From the NCBI RefSeq assembly GCF_001761385.1, contig NZ_CP017476.1:2408718-2440717 (forward strand): a DNA stretch of 32,000 bases, in the 5' to 3' direction. A program made the position numbers and the translations under genes. Below the pieces are notes generated by a model. It had not been told where the DNA came from. It saw only the letters and a program-made list of their open reading frames with translations, and searched no databases. Source of the DNA: Hydrogenophaga crassostreae. Lineage in GTDB: Bacteria > Pseudomonadota > Gammaproteobacteria > Burkholderiales > Burkholderiaceae_C. Below are positions 7,569-16,109 of the stretch, in pieces; the stretch's first letter is position 1, and each line of letters starts with the position of its first letter.

Positions 7569-10544
7569 TCAGGCCTCTGGAGCGGGCATAGTGGGAGCCA
7601 CCTCCTCAGCCAGTTCATCGAGTACGGCAAACACCCCATCGAGATCGTCGCGATAGAAAGCCGTGTAGCCAGGCATAAAGACGCATCGCCCGTTGTGTTG
7701 GAGTTCGAGCCCCCGAATGTGATCGCGATGATGCAGCCAGAAGTTCCCCATCGCCTTCGGATTCAGCCCACCTGGCAGCCCTGACTTGGTCGCGACATAG
7801 CCCTCTTCATCTCGACCCGTGTGAAAAGGGCTGCTCAAGTGGGCGAGGCAATGATCGAGGAACAGCAGCACGTTATCGCCCTTGACTGCGGGACTAAAGC
7901 AGAAGCCAAAGATGTACTCGTTCATCAACTTGGATATGCCACCGCAATCCTCAGCCCCGCTTTCGTCGTAATAGCCACATCCGACGCCAGAGCCATTCGG
8001 GGGCAGCGCATTGCTGAGCTGATAGATCACGAACGACGCGGCGAAGGAGCGCGCAGCTGCAACTCGACGGGCGATCGTGGTGTCGCCGTTCTCGGAACTG
8101 GGGTCCAGCGACGCCTGCTCATGAAGATGTGCAAAGGCTTGACCGAGAAACGCATCCACGGGTACGTCATATGCTTCAGCGATGAAGTTTCGTCCAGCGT
8201 CTATGTAGCCGCGTTTGAAGTGCGCGAAAACGCGCTGAGAGAGCTTCCTCATCCCCAGCAACGCCAGCTGGCGGACCAAGCCGGACGTCGGAGCCGACAT
8301 GTCCTGGTCGACTATGAGTGCTGTGTGCAGGTTGTACAACTGGCCACCGCGATCTGCCGAGCACTGCAACCGGAACAGCATGAGATCGTTCCAGCCCAGC
8401 ACGCCGCGGTCTGTGCTTGCAAGCTGCTCCAGCAGGCCTTTTCCAACGAAGTCTTTCTCGCCAAAGATTCTCCACGCGACCTCTTTAACATTTTCCGAAG
8501 TATTTGTCCGTCGTCGGCCAGACGTCCGTCCCCAGCCAGCGCGATCCAACAGCCGCAACAACGAGTAAATCGACCTCGGCCGCAGGCCCCGATCATCGTT
8601 GTCGAACGACGAATAAAGAGGCACGAACTTAACGAGCGTTTCAATGGCGTCTTCGGCGGTCACACCAGTGAAGTCGTAGGCCTGATTGACCAGTACTCGC
8701 CAGAACTGGTCGTGTGCGTTCTCTGTTCGCTCCAACAAAAAGTCAGCCTCTGTGAGTACCGAAGCAATGGGTTGCCCCTTGCGAACTCGATCAACGGCAG
8801 TTTGGTAGAGAACAAAGGTCTCTTGCGGCTCCGGCGTCCCGAAGCGCACGATGAGCTTCAGGTAGCTCTCCAGGTTTCTGGTGTTGCCCTTGTTGAAGCA
8901 CGCGCGTGACCGAAGGACCGACTCTTCAACATTGCGCCCGTCACCTAGCTCCAAGACCTCCACATCAAACAACTCTTCCAGCAAAAACTTGGCAGCCCCT
9001 TGGTTCTCCTCCTTAACCTGTGCAAAGCCATGGGCGTTCTTGAACTCTGGATCGTCGTACTCCCGGTTGATTGAGAAGGTACCACTTCGCCCCTCTGTCT
9101 CCTCGGCGTAAATGCGCCTGAACAACCCGGGATAGTTCAGATGCAGCAGCATCAGGTTAATTAGGTCACGCTTGTCGAAGTCGGTACGTCCCAGGTTAGT
9201 TTTCTCAATCTGCATGAGAAGAATCGCATTGATGAAGCGCTTGACCTTGCGCAGATCGCCGACCAAAGGCTGGTACTTTGCAGCAGAGTCGCCATCCAGA
9301 ATAGTCGCAAGCTCATTGAGAACGGCACCAAGCTTGACCATCGTATCTGAAGGCACTGAGCCGAGCTGACTTTCTGCGCGTTCCCAGTCACGCCGCAGAA
9401 AGTTGCTGATCCTGGAGCTGTCCACGAACAAGCTCAGTTTGACTGTCACAAACTTCTCAAGGAACTCACGTGCTCTGAATCCTTCCTCCTTGCCGCCGGC
9501 CAGTACCTCGGTGTCATAGCAAAGGACGTAGGTTGCTTGTGACAGCTTGAATGTGCGCCGAGTTGCGAACAGGACGTTGTTGACGGTTTTAGCATCCAAG
9601 CGATCTAAGTCGTCGATGACAACAATCACTCGTCGACCAATGCGACGAAGGACCTCATCAATGTCATCAAGCAGCTCATCGACAGTTTCCTGTGACGGCT
9701 CCAGTGAAAGCTTGAAGCCCAGGAACGACATGTCCGCCTTCCCCTTGATGAGTCGAGAGTATCGGGATGCCGCTGGACGGAACTCCGGTGCAAAGACCTT
9801 GCTCTGAATCGCAGCAGAAAGGTCGCGAATCAATCGATCGGAAAGATCTGGCTCAGACGCATATCGCAGAGGCTCAAACCGACAAACGATCACCTTGTCC
9901 GCAGCTCGTTCCCAGTAGCGCTCAGCAAGATTGATGAAGCTGGTCTTACCCACACCCCACGGGCCATCGACACCAAACACCAATCCCGAATGCGCCCCGC
10001 TTGCAAGGACCGTCTCTGCGAACGACTTTGCTTGGGTCTCGTTCGAGAGCAGATCGTCGTTCTCGCATCTGATCTCTTCGTCCGAAAGGAAACGGAGTTG
10101 CGAAGGAGTCTGCTGCCTCCTTGGCCAATGGCGCTGGACTAGCGGTGACAAAAGCACAGTGCAGAACAGCAAAAGAGCAACTGGCGCCCAATACGGGTCA
10201 GACGCTTTCAATGCTGCGTGGAACTCAGAAAGCCAAGGCATGGCCAACTCGTTTGACCAAGCTCCCAAGCACGTTGCGATGAATAGGTCGAGACGAAGGC
10301 TTCGACCCACTTGTACCGCAGAAATATGCGCACCACGATTGACGGCGTAAACCACACAGACCGCCAGTCCGATGAGAACCAGAATAACCCTTGTCCAAAG
10401 GGAAAGGTCGGCTATCGCAGGAGTAAACGCAGTTCCCAGGTAGTAGGTTGCCCTGTAGACCTCTGCGGCCACCAAGCCAACAACAAACATCTTGGCAAAG
10501 ACCAAGAGTTCGGGCATCTTCATCGTGCTTTTGGTAGCCGCCAT
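7569..10544 (-). CDS. membrane-anchored KAP-family P-loop NTPase (991 aa); architecture resembles the Tmn-type defence NTPase
   Basis: About four N-terminal hydrophobic helices (about aa 12-138). Walker A GVDGPWGVGKTS (9939-9974), Walker B VVVIDDLDRLD (about 9594-9626) and the KAP-typical LRKVKRFINAILL motif. The ~520-aa C-terminal region has no recognised motif. RBS GGGAGG is upstream. Confidence 0.85.
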   Translation of the reverse strand: MAATKSTMKMPELLVFAKMFVVGLVAAEVYRATYYLGTAFTPAIADLSLWTRVILVLIGLAVCVVYAVNRGAHISAVQVGRSLRLDLFIATCLGAWSNELAMPWLSEFHAALKASDPYWAPVALLLFCTVLLSPLVQRHWPRRQQTPSQLRFLSDEEIRCENDDLLSNETQAKSFAETVLASGAHSGLVFGVDGPWGVGKTSFINLAERYWERAADKVIVCRFEPLRYASEPDLSDRLIRDLSAAIQSKVFAPEFRPAASRYSRLIKGKADMSFLGFKLSLEPSQETVDELLDDIDEVLRRIGRRVIVVIDDLDRLDAKTVNNVLFATRRTFKLSQATYVLCYDTEVLAGGKEEGFRAREFLEKFVTVKLSLFVDSSRISNFLRRDWERAESQLGSVPSDTMVKLGAVLNELATILDGDSAAKYQPLVGDLRKVKRFINAILLMQIEKTNLGRTDFDKRDLINLMLLHLNYPGLFRRIYAEETEGRSGTFSINREYDDPEFKNAHGFAQVKEENQGAAKFLLEELFDVEVLELGDGRNVEESVLRSRACFNKGNTRNLESYLKLIVRFGTPEPQETFVLYQTAVDRVRKGQPIASVLTEADFLLERTENAHDQFWRVLVNQAYDFTGVTAEDAIETLVKFVPLYSSFDNDDRGLRPRSIYSLLRLLDRAGWGRTSGRRRTNTSENVKEVAWRIFGEKDFVGKGLLEQLASTDRGVLGWNDLMLFRLQCSADRGGQLYNLHTALIVDQDMSAPTSGLVRQLALLGMRKLSQRVFAHFKRGYIDAGRNFIAEAYDVPVDAFLGQAFAHLHEQASLDPSSENGDTTIARRVAAARSFAASFVIYQLSNALPPNGSGVGCGYYDESGAEDCGGISKLMNEYIFGFCFSPAVKGDNVLLFLDHCLAHLSSPFHTGRDEEGYVATKSGLPGGLNPKAMGNFWLHHRDHIRGLELQHNGRCVFMPGYTAFYRDDLDGVFAVLDELAEEVAPTMPAPEA

Positions 10545-11119
10545 TCACCATTCCTCCCTGTTAGGCGTGAGCGCCGTATACGTGTGCCGATTTGCGGGGC
10601 TTGCAGGCGCGCCTGGGCATCCTGCGCCGTCCGGAAGTTTATCTGCGGGGCGACGCTGGCACAGATCTGCCAGGTGACATGGTCCTGCGGCGCGAATACG
10701 CCCGTAAGAGACGCGCCCTACATGATGTCGGTCCCCGGGCCCGCGCCAATTCAGATTGCTCCTCTCGGGTGTTCAGGGCGGAAGGTCGGTTCTCCGTTCG
10801 AAATGCCGAGGCGGCAGAGTTGGCCTGCTGCGACTCCGAAGCCACTTACCGCTTGCAGCGATAGTAGCCCCTGCCTGGCCTAACCGAGAAGGTTCGCTCC
10901 CAGCCTGAGGTGGCCTTCGAACTTTCATTCTCGGCTTTGCAGCGGGAGCCGACCACCACCAATCCAATGGCGTTTTCCGGCAGCAGTTATTCCGTGGCGA
11001 AGCTGTAGCCCTGGACCAAGGCTAACCTGAGGAAGGTCTGTTCATGGATGACGCTCGGACTCTGATTTAGGTGCTCAGAGTTCAGGTGGAAGAATAGGGG
11101 CTACAAATAGGAGAACAGC

Positions 11120-13966
11120 ATGAGCCAAACTTGGCCATATTCCGGCGCACGCTGGTGGAAGTTCGATTTCCATACACACACACCGGCATCCAAAGACACG
11201 GGAGCTTGGCAGGCGGCCATTGGTACGCCCTCTGAGCTGACGCCACAAACCTGGTTGCTCAAATATATGGCCGCCGAAATCGACTGTGTGGCTGTCACCG
11301 ACCACAACACGGGCGATTGGATCGACAAGATCAAGGTCGCCTATGCCGAGATGAAGGCCGAGGCCGATGCAGGCACACAGTGCGCCGGTTTCCGTGAGCT
11401 ACACGTCTTCCCTGGAGTAGAAATTTCCGTACAAGGTGGCATTCACCTGCTTGCGATATTCGACCCGTCTGCCACCAGCCAGACCATCGACGGCCTGCTG
11501 GCGAGGGTGGAATACGAGGGAACGCGGGGTGACAGCGATGGCGTTACCCGCGAAGGGGCCAGCAAGGTGGTGGAGCGCATTCTCGCGGCGGGAGGCCTTG
11601 CCATCCCGGCACACGTCGAGGGAGAAAAGGGGTTGTTACAGGTCAAGCCTGGCACACACAAATGCTTGTTGGACGCCACAACGGTCAAGCAGGTCTTGCA
11701 AGAGTCGGGCCTCCTGGCGCTGGAGTGGACTGCTTACACCAGCCCTAAGCCGACGGTACTAGACGAATTGAAACTGCGTTTCGCCAGCGTAGTCGGAAGT
11801 GATTGTCACAGCTTCCGAGGTGCGGCTGTTCCTGGCTCGCGCTACACCTGGATCAAGATGGCCCAGCCTAGCCTGGAAGGCTTGCGCCTTGCACTGCTGG
11901 ATGGGCAGGAGGTCTCGGTAAAGCGTAGCGACGAGAGCAGTGGCTTTACGCCGTTCAACACGCCAGAGCATTTCATTGAGTCGATTGAAATCCGTGACGC
12001 GCGCTATATGGGGCGCGGCAGGCAGGCAGACAGCTTGCCGCTCAACCCGTACTTCAATGCCTTCATCGGTGGACGTGGCACCGGCAAATCGACCATCGTG
12101 CATGCCCTGCGCCTGGCCTATCGGCGCGAGAAAGAGTTGTCGCCCAGCTCGGAGGCAGGGCAGACCTTCAGCCGCTTCTGCAAAGTCGCCAAGAGCCGAA
12201 ACGATGAAGGCGGAATCCAAGCGGAGACAGCCATCTGCGTACGAGTGCAGCGGGATGGAACGTCCCATCGGCTGATCTGGCGACACGACGGTCAAGGCCA
12301 TGCGGTGGAGGAATGGGATACAGCCACTGGCAGCTTCGCGCCCTCGACCAGCCAAGCAGTCACCGCGCAGAGATTTCCAGTGCGGCTGTTCAGCCAGGGG
12401 CAGATCGCGGCACTGGCGGGCGACAGCCAGCAGGCCCTGTTGAAGGTAATAGACGATGCAGCGGACACGCAGTCACAGCAGACGGCCTTTGACGAAGCCA
12501 AGCGTGCATTCCTGGCCGCTCGGGCGCAAATTCGGGAGCTTGATGGCAAGCTGCAAAAAAGCGAAGCGCTGACGCTTGCCCTGCAAGACGTTCAGCGTAA
12601 GCTGGCCCGCTTCGAAGGCGCCGACCATGCTGTGGTGCTGAAAAACTACCAACATACTAGCCGGCAAAGCCTCGAATTAGAGCGCCAGCTCGATGCCGCC
12701 GCTGATTTGTCAGCGCGCCTGAAAGCGTTTGCGGCCGCCCTGCTGGCGGAAGATTTGCCACAAGGGCTGTGTGATACCGGCGAGGACGGCGAGGCGCTGA
12801 GCGTTGTCCAAGCGCTGCACGCAGCCATCACCAAAGCGCGGCAGGAGGTCGAGAACACCGCCGCCGCGCTGCATGAGTGCGGACGAGTCCTGCGCAACGA
12901 GTTGGAGGCCTCACCCACGTTTGTGCGGATCGGCGAGGCAAAGGCGGCCTATGAAAAACTGAAAGCCGACCTGCAGCAACAAGGGGTCAGCGACCCAAGT
13001 GAGTATGGCCGTCTGGTGCAAGAAAAGCAGCAGCTCGAAACCGAGCTGAAGAAGCTTGAGGCCTTACAGACGCAGCAAATAGAGTTACGCGACAAGGCAA
13101 AAGCACTGCTAGAGCAGGTGAGGTCCGCTCGTCGCGCCATCAGTGCCCAACGGAGTGGATTTCTTCAGGAAACGCTGCAAGGCAATCCGTTTGTTCGGAT
13201 CGCGCTAATCCCATACAGTCGGGATGCGCAGGGCATTGAACGCTCCTTGCGGGAGCTTCTTGGCGCTGCTGATGGCAGGTACGTGGACGATCTCTATCAG
13301 GAGCAAGAAGGGGGGTCACCCAAAGGGCTTCTGGCTGATCTGCTGGTCACGGTTGATCTGTTCGAGCAGCCGGGCGCGTGGGACACCGCAGCATTTGAGC
13401 AGGCGCTACTGACTCAGAAGAAGCGCCTGTCAAACGCCTGTCGCGGCCAGGCTGAATTTGGAGGCTGGTTCAATAAGTTCTTAAAAGCGGAAGCCGACAA
13501 ACGCCCTGAGTTCATCGATCACATCTTGTGCTGGTTCCCCGAAGACGGATTGCAGGTGGAATACAGCCGCAAGGGAGACGGACGGGACTTTCAGTCCATA
13601 GGTCAAGCGTCCGCCGGTCAGCGCGCGGCCGCGATGCTCGCTTTCTTGCTGGCGCACGGAAACGAGCCGCTCGTGCTTGATCAGCCTGAAGATGACTTGG
13701 ACAACCACCTAATCTACGGACTAGTGGTTCAGCAGATACGCAGCAACAAGCTGCGTCGTCAGCTAATCGTCGTGACCCACAACCCCAACATCGTGGTCAA
13801 TGGGGATGCGGAGCTGATTCACGTACTGGACTTCAACCACCAGTGTCATGTGAAGCAAACCGGCTCCTTGCAGGACCAAGCAATGCGCCGCGAGGTCTGT
13901 CAGGTGATGGAGGGGGGCGAAGAAGCGTTTGAGCGGCGCTATCAGCGTCTGGGAAGAGATGTTTGA
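11120..13966 (+). CDS. PHP-domain phosphoesterase fused to an ABC/SMC-type ATPase with a coiled-coil insert (948 aa); architecture resembles the Ppl-type defence protein
   Basis: PHP ligand motifs are FDFHTHTP (H18/H20 at 11171-11179), VAVTDHN, PGVEIS, GIHLLAIF, PAHVEGE and GSDCHS. ATPase motifs are Walker A GGRGTGKST (12068-12094), Q-loop LFSQGQI, signature SAGQRAA (13610-13630), Walker B LVLDQPEDDLD (13670-13702) and H-loop VVTHNPN. An Ala/Leu/Gln/Glu-rich helical segment spans about aa 450-700. RBS AGGAG lies 7 nt upstream. Confidence 0.9.
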   Translation: MSQTWPYSGARWWKFDFHTHTPASKDTGAWQAAIGTPSELTPQTWLLKYMAAEIDCVAVTDHNTGDWIDKIKVAYAEMKAEADAGTQCAGFRELHVFPGVEISVQGGIHLLAIFDPSATSQTIDGLLARVEYEGTRGDSDGVTREGASKVVERILAAGGLAIPAHVEGEKGLLQVKPGTHKCLLDATTVKQVLQESGLLALEWTAYTSPKPTVLDELKLRFASVVGSDCHSFRGAAVPGSRYTWIKMAQPSLEGLRLALLDGQEVSVKRSDESSGFTPFNTPEHFIESIEIRDARYMGRGRQADSLPLNPYFNAFIGGRGTGKSTIVHALRLAYRREKELSPSSEAGQTFSRFCKVAKSRNDEGGIQAETAICVRVQRDGTSHRLIWRHDGQGHAVEEWDTATGSFAPSTSQAVTAQRFPVRLFSQGQIAALAGDSQQALLKVIDDAADTQSQQTAFDEAKRAFLAARAQIRELDGKLQKSEALTLALQDVQRKLARFEGADHAVVLKNYQHTSRQSLELERQLDAAADLSARLKAFAAALLAEDLPQGLCDTGEDGEALSVVQALHAAITKARQEVENTAAALHECGRVLRNELEASPTFVRIGEAKAAYEKLKADLQQQGVSDPSEYGRLVQEKQQLETELKKLEALQTQQIELRDKAKALLEQVRSARRAISAQRSGFLQETLQGNPFVRIALIPYSRDAQGIERSLRELLGAADGRYVDDLYQEQEGGSPKGLLADLLVTVDLFEQPGAWDTAAFEQALLTQKKRLSNACRGQAEFGGWFNKFLKAEADKRPEFIDHILCWFPEDGLQVEYSRKGDGRDFQSIGQASAGQRAAAMLAFLLAHGNEPLVLDQPEDDLDNHLIYGLVVQQIRSNKLRRQLIVVTHNPNIVVNGDAELIHVLDFNHQCHVKQTGSLQDQAMRREVCQVMEGGEEAFERRYQRLGRDV

Positions 13967-14406
13967 GGCTCGGCGAAGCTGCCAATGCGGACAGTGGCCA
14001 ATGTCTGCTTACAGCCTTGAAGCGACTTTCGAATTTCTAGTTTCGGCTCTGCAGCGATTACTGCCGCTGGGTGCAGCCATACGGGTTCCAGCTGCCTGCC
14101 AAGAAGCAGCTGTTGGGCACGGCGACTGGTGCTGTCCCGAGTGGCGGCTGTACGGGGTACTGCGGTCTTTGGGCATCCGCGACACGGTTGGTGCAGCGCC
14201 ACTGACCGCTTCCTCATCACCTGGCCTGCTGGTATCGACCCGTTGCGGTCCACCAGCATGTCGAAAAGCAGTCTTTCGCGGTGACAGGTCCTCAAGGCAA
14301 CTTTGCTGCGATGTTCAACTTCCAAACCAAGCCGAAATACCTTGAAGCCCTCCACTGACGTGTCTGGGAGAGGACGAGGAGCACGTCAAAGTATCCAGCG
14401 TCGACC

Positions 14407-15726
14407 TCATCGCCTCGGATTCGGCCAACGCAGATGGTGGTCATCGATCACAAAAGGGTGCGAATGGTGTCCACCTTGCTCGGTGGAACCCGCGCCATGG
14501 GGGTGTCCCGCTGGCAGATCAGGGTGTTCGTGCTCAATGGACTCAGGATCCTGTGGCGACCAAACCAGTGTGGCCACCCAGACGGCCAATGCCGCAGCAC
14601 TGCCCAAAACAGCAAAGGTCACCGGCATGCCGAAACGGGCCCCCAACCAGCCGGCCAGCGGATAGAACAACAACCAGCAGGCATGCGACAGCGCAAACTG
14701 AGCGGCAAACAGCGCAGGACGATCCTCTGGATTTGAAGAGCGACGCAACAAGCGCCCTGAGGGCGTCTGCGCGGTCGAATATCCCAAACCGAGAGCCAAC
14801 CACAAGACCATGAGCGAGGCATGCCCGACCACCAAGGTGCCCGCGAACATGCCCACGACCATCAACGCTATGCCAAATAGCATCACGCGCCGATCGGACA
14901 GTTTTTCCAGAAGACTGGGCAAGGCCAGCGCCGCCACCATGGAGCCGGCTCCGAAGCTGGCCAAGGCCAGAGCCACCGCGCTCTGGGTCAAACCGAATTT
15001 CCCCTGCACGATGACCACCGTGTTGACAAAAACCATGGAGCCTGCCGCTGCAACCGCCGCATTCACGGCCAACAGTCCGCGCAGCCGAGGTGTGGCGAGG
15101 TAAATTCGCAGGCCGCGTGTGGTTCGGTCGTAAATGCTGCGACTCTTTGGAGCTGGATGAACGGGCAAAACCACCGAGACCACCAACACGGCAGAAGCCA
15201 AGAACCCAACCACCGTGCCCGCGAACAGATCGTGAAAGCCGATCACCGTCAGCAACGCAGCAGCCAGCATCGGGCTGACAAGGCTTTCCATGTCGTACGC
15301 AAGGCGTGAGAGCGACAAAGCCTTGGTGTAGTCCGCCTCTTCCGGAAGGACATCGGGGATGGTGGCCTGAAAGGTGGGCGTGAAAGCAGCCGACGCGGCT
15401 TGCAACACAAAAATCAACACGTAGATTTCCCAGATCTGGGAAACAAATGGCAGCAGCAAGGCAACAGCCGCCCGGACCAGGTCCAGCGTCACCAGCATGG
15501 TGCGTCTGGGCAGGCGCTCGGCAAAGGCTGCTGCGACCGGTGCCACGCCGACGTAGGCAATCATCTTGATGGCCAATGCCGTTCCCAGAACCATCCCTGC
15601 GTTGTCGCCCGCCAAATCAAAGGCCAATAGCCCCAGTGCAACGGTCGCCAGACCGGTCCCGATCAAAGCAATCACCTGAGCGGCGAATAAGTGACGGTAG
15701 GTGCGGTTGGAAAGAATGGCCAGCAT
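14407..15726 (-). CDS. MFS transporter with a His-rich C-terminal tail; NreB-like putative Ni/Co exporter
   Basis: About 12 TM segments with an MFS_3/EntS-like N-terminus (MLAILSNRTYRHLFAAQVIALIGTGLA). The cytoplasmic tail is IEHEHPDLPAGHPHGAGSTEQGGHHSHPFVIDDHH. It lies 45 nt downstream of a CsoR/RcnR-family gene. Confidence 0.8.
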   Translation of the reverse strand: MLAILSNRTYRHLFAAQVIALIGTGLATVALGLLAFDLAGDNAGMVLGTALAIKMIAYVGVAPVAAAFAERLPRRTMLVTLDLVRAAVALLLPFVSQIWEIYVLIFVLQAASAAFTPTFQATIPDVLPEEADYTKALSLSRLAYDMESLVSPMLAAALLTVIGFHDLFAGTVVGFLASAVLVVSVVLPVHPAPKSRSIYDRTTRGLRIYLATPRLRGLLAVNAAVAAAGSMVFVNTVVIVQGKFGLTQSAVALALASFGAGSMVAALALPSLLEKLSDRRVMLFGIALMVVGMFAGTLVVGHASLMVLWLALGLGYSTAQTPSGRLLRRSSNPEDRPALFAAQFALSHACWLLFYPLAGWLGARFGMPVTFAVLGSAAALAVWVATLVWSPQDPESIEHEHPDLPAGHPHGAGSTEQGGHHSHPFVIDDHHLRWPNPRR

Positions 15727-15771
15727 GTTTTAGTTCAATGGATCAGCGGTCGGTATGCAAGAGGCAACAAC

Positions 15772-16050
15772 TCACAGGTACCGAGTGATTTCCTTGAACT
15801 CCTCCATGGAGTGCTGCTGCTCTCCAGCAAGGGGCCCCACGAGATGCTCAAGGCAGTGGTCCAAATGGTCCTGGATCAGCGCTTTCTTGGCTTGCTGAAC
15901 AGCCTTCTCGACAGCCTGTAACTGCTGAGCGATATCCAGACAGGGGCGGCCCTCCACCAACATCGCTATCGTGCTGTTCAGATGCCCATTCGCCCTCTTT
16001 AGGCGCTTGATGACGGCGGGGTGTGAATCGTGAATGTGCGGAAGTGTCAT
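15772..16050 (-). CDS. CsoR/RcnR (DUF156) family metal-sensing transcriptional repressor
   Basis: 92 aa with VIKRLKRANGHLNSTIAMLVEGRPCLDIAQQLQAVEKAVQQAKKALIQDHLDHCLEH. The ligand fingerprint is C37/H62/C66 (x-C-H-C), with extra His at positions 5, 7, 10 and 65. Confidence 0.85.
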   Translation of the reverse strand: MTLPHIHDSHPAVIKRLKRANGHLNSTIAMLVEGRPCLDIAQQLQAVEKAVQQAKKALIQDHLDHCLEHLVGPLAGEQQHSMEEFKEITRYL

Positions 16051-16059
16051 GGACGTTAT

Positions 16060-16084
16060 TATCCCCCCAAGGGGATACTATAAT
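16060..16084. promoter_or_regulatory. C/G-tract palindromic operator (CsoR/RcnR type) abutting a TATAAT -10 box
   Basis: TATCCCC-CCAA-GGGGATA (16060-16077) has perfect 7-bp arms and lies 10 nt upstream of the repressor ATG. TATAAT at 16079-16084 faces the + strand operon, and its complement region reads TATAGT for the - strand. Confidence 0.6.
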
Positions 16085-16109
16085 CACCCGACTCACCCAA
16101 GAAAACCTC

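Noticed and set aside
7821-8909. A 362-aa ORF on the + strand inside the KAP NTPase gene. Similar long antisense ORFs are 23831..25432 (533 aa, opposite the Cu-ATPase), 16679..17776 (365 aa, opposite the HupE-like genes), 5201..5902, 28133..28765 and 29106..29699.
   Set aside because: These are shadow ORFs, typical of G+C-rich DNA. They lie antisense to genes with unambiguous catalytic motifs, have Arg/Ala/Gly/His-rich low-complexity translations and lack an RBS.
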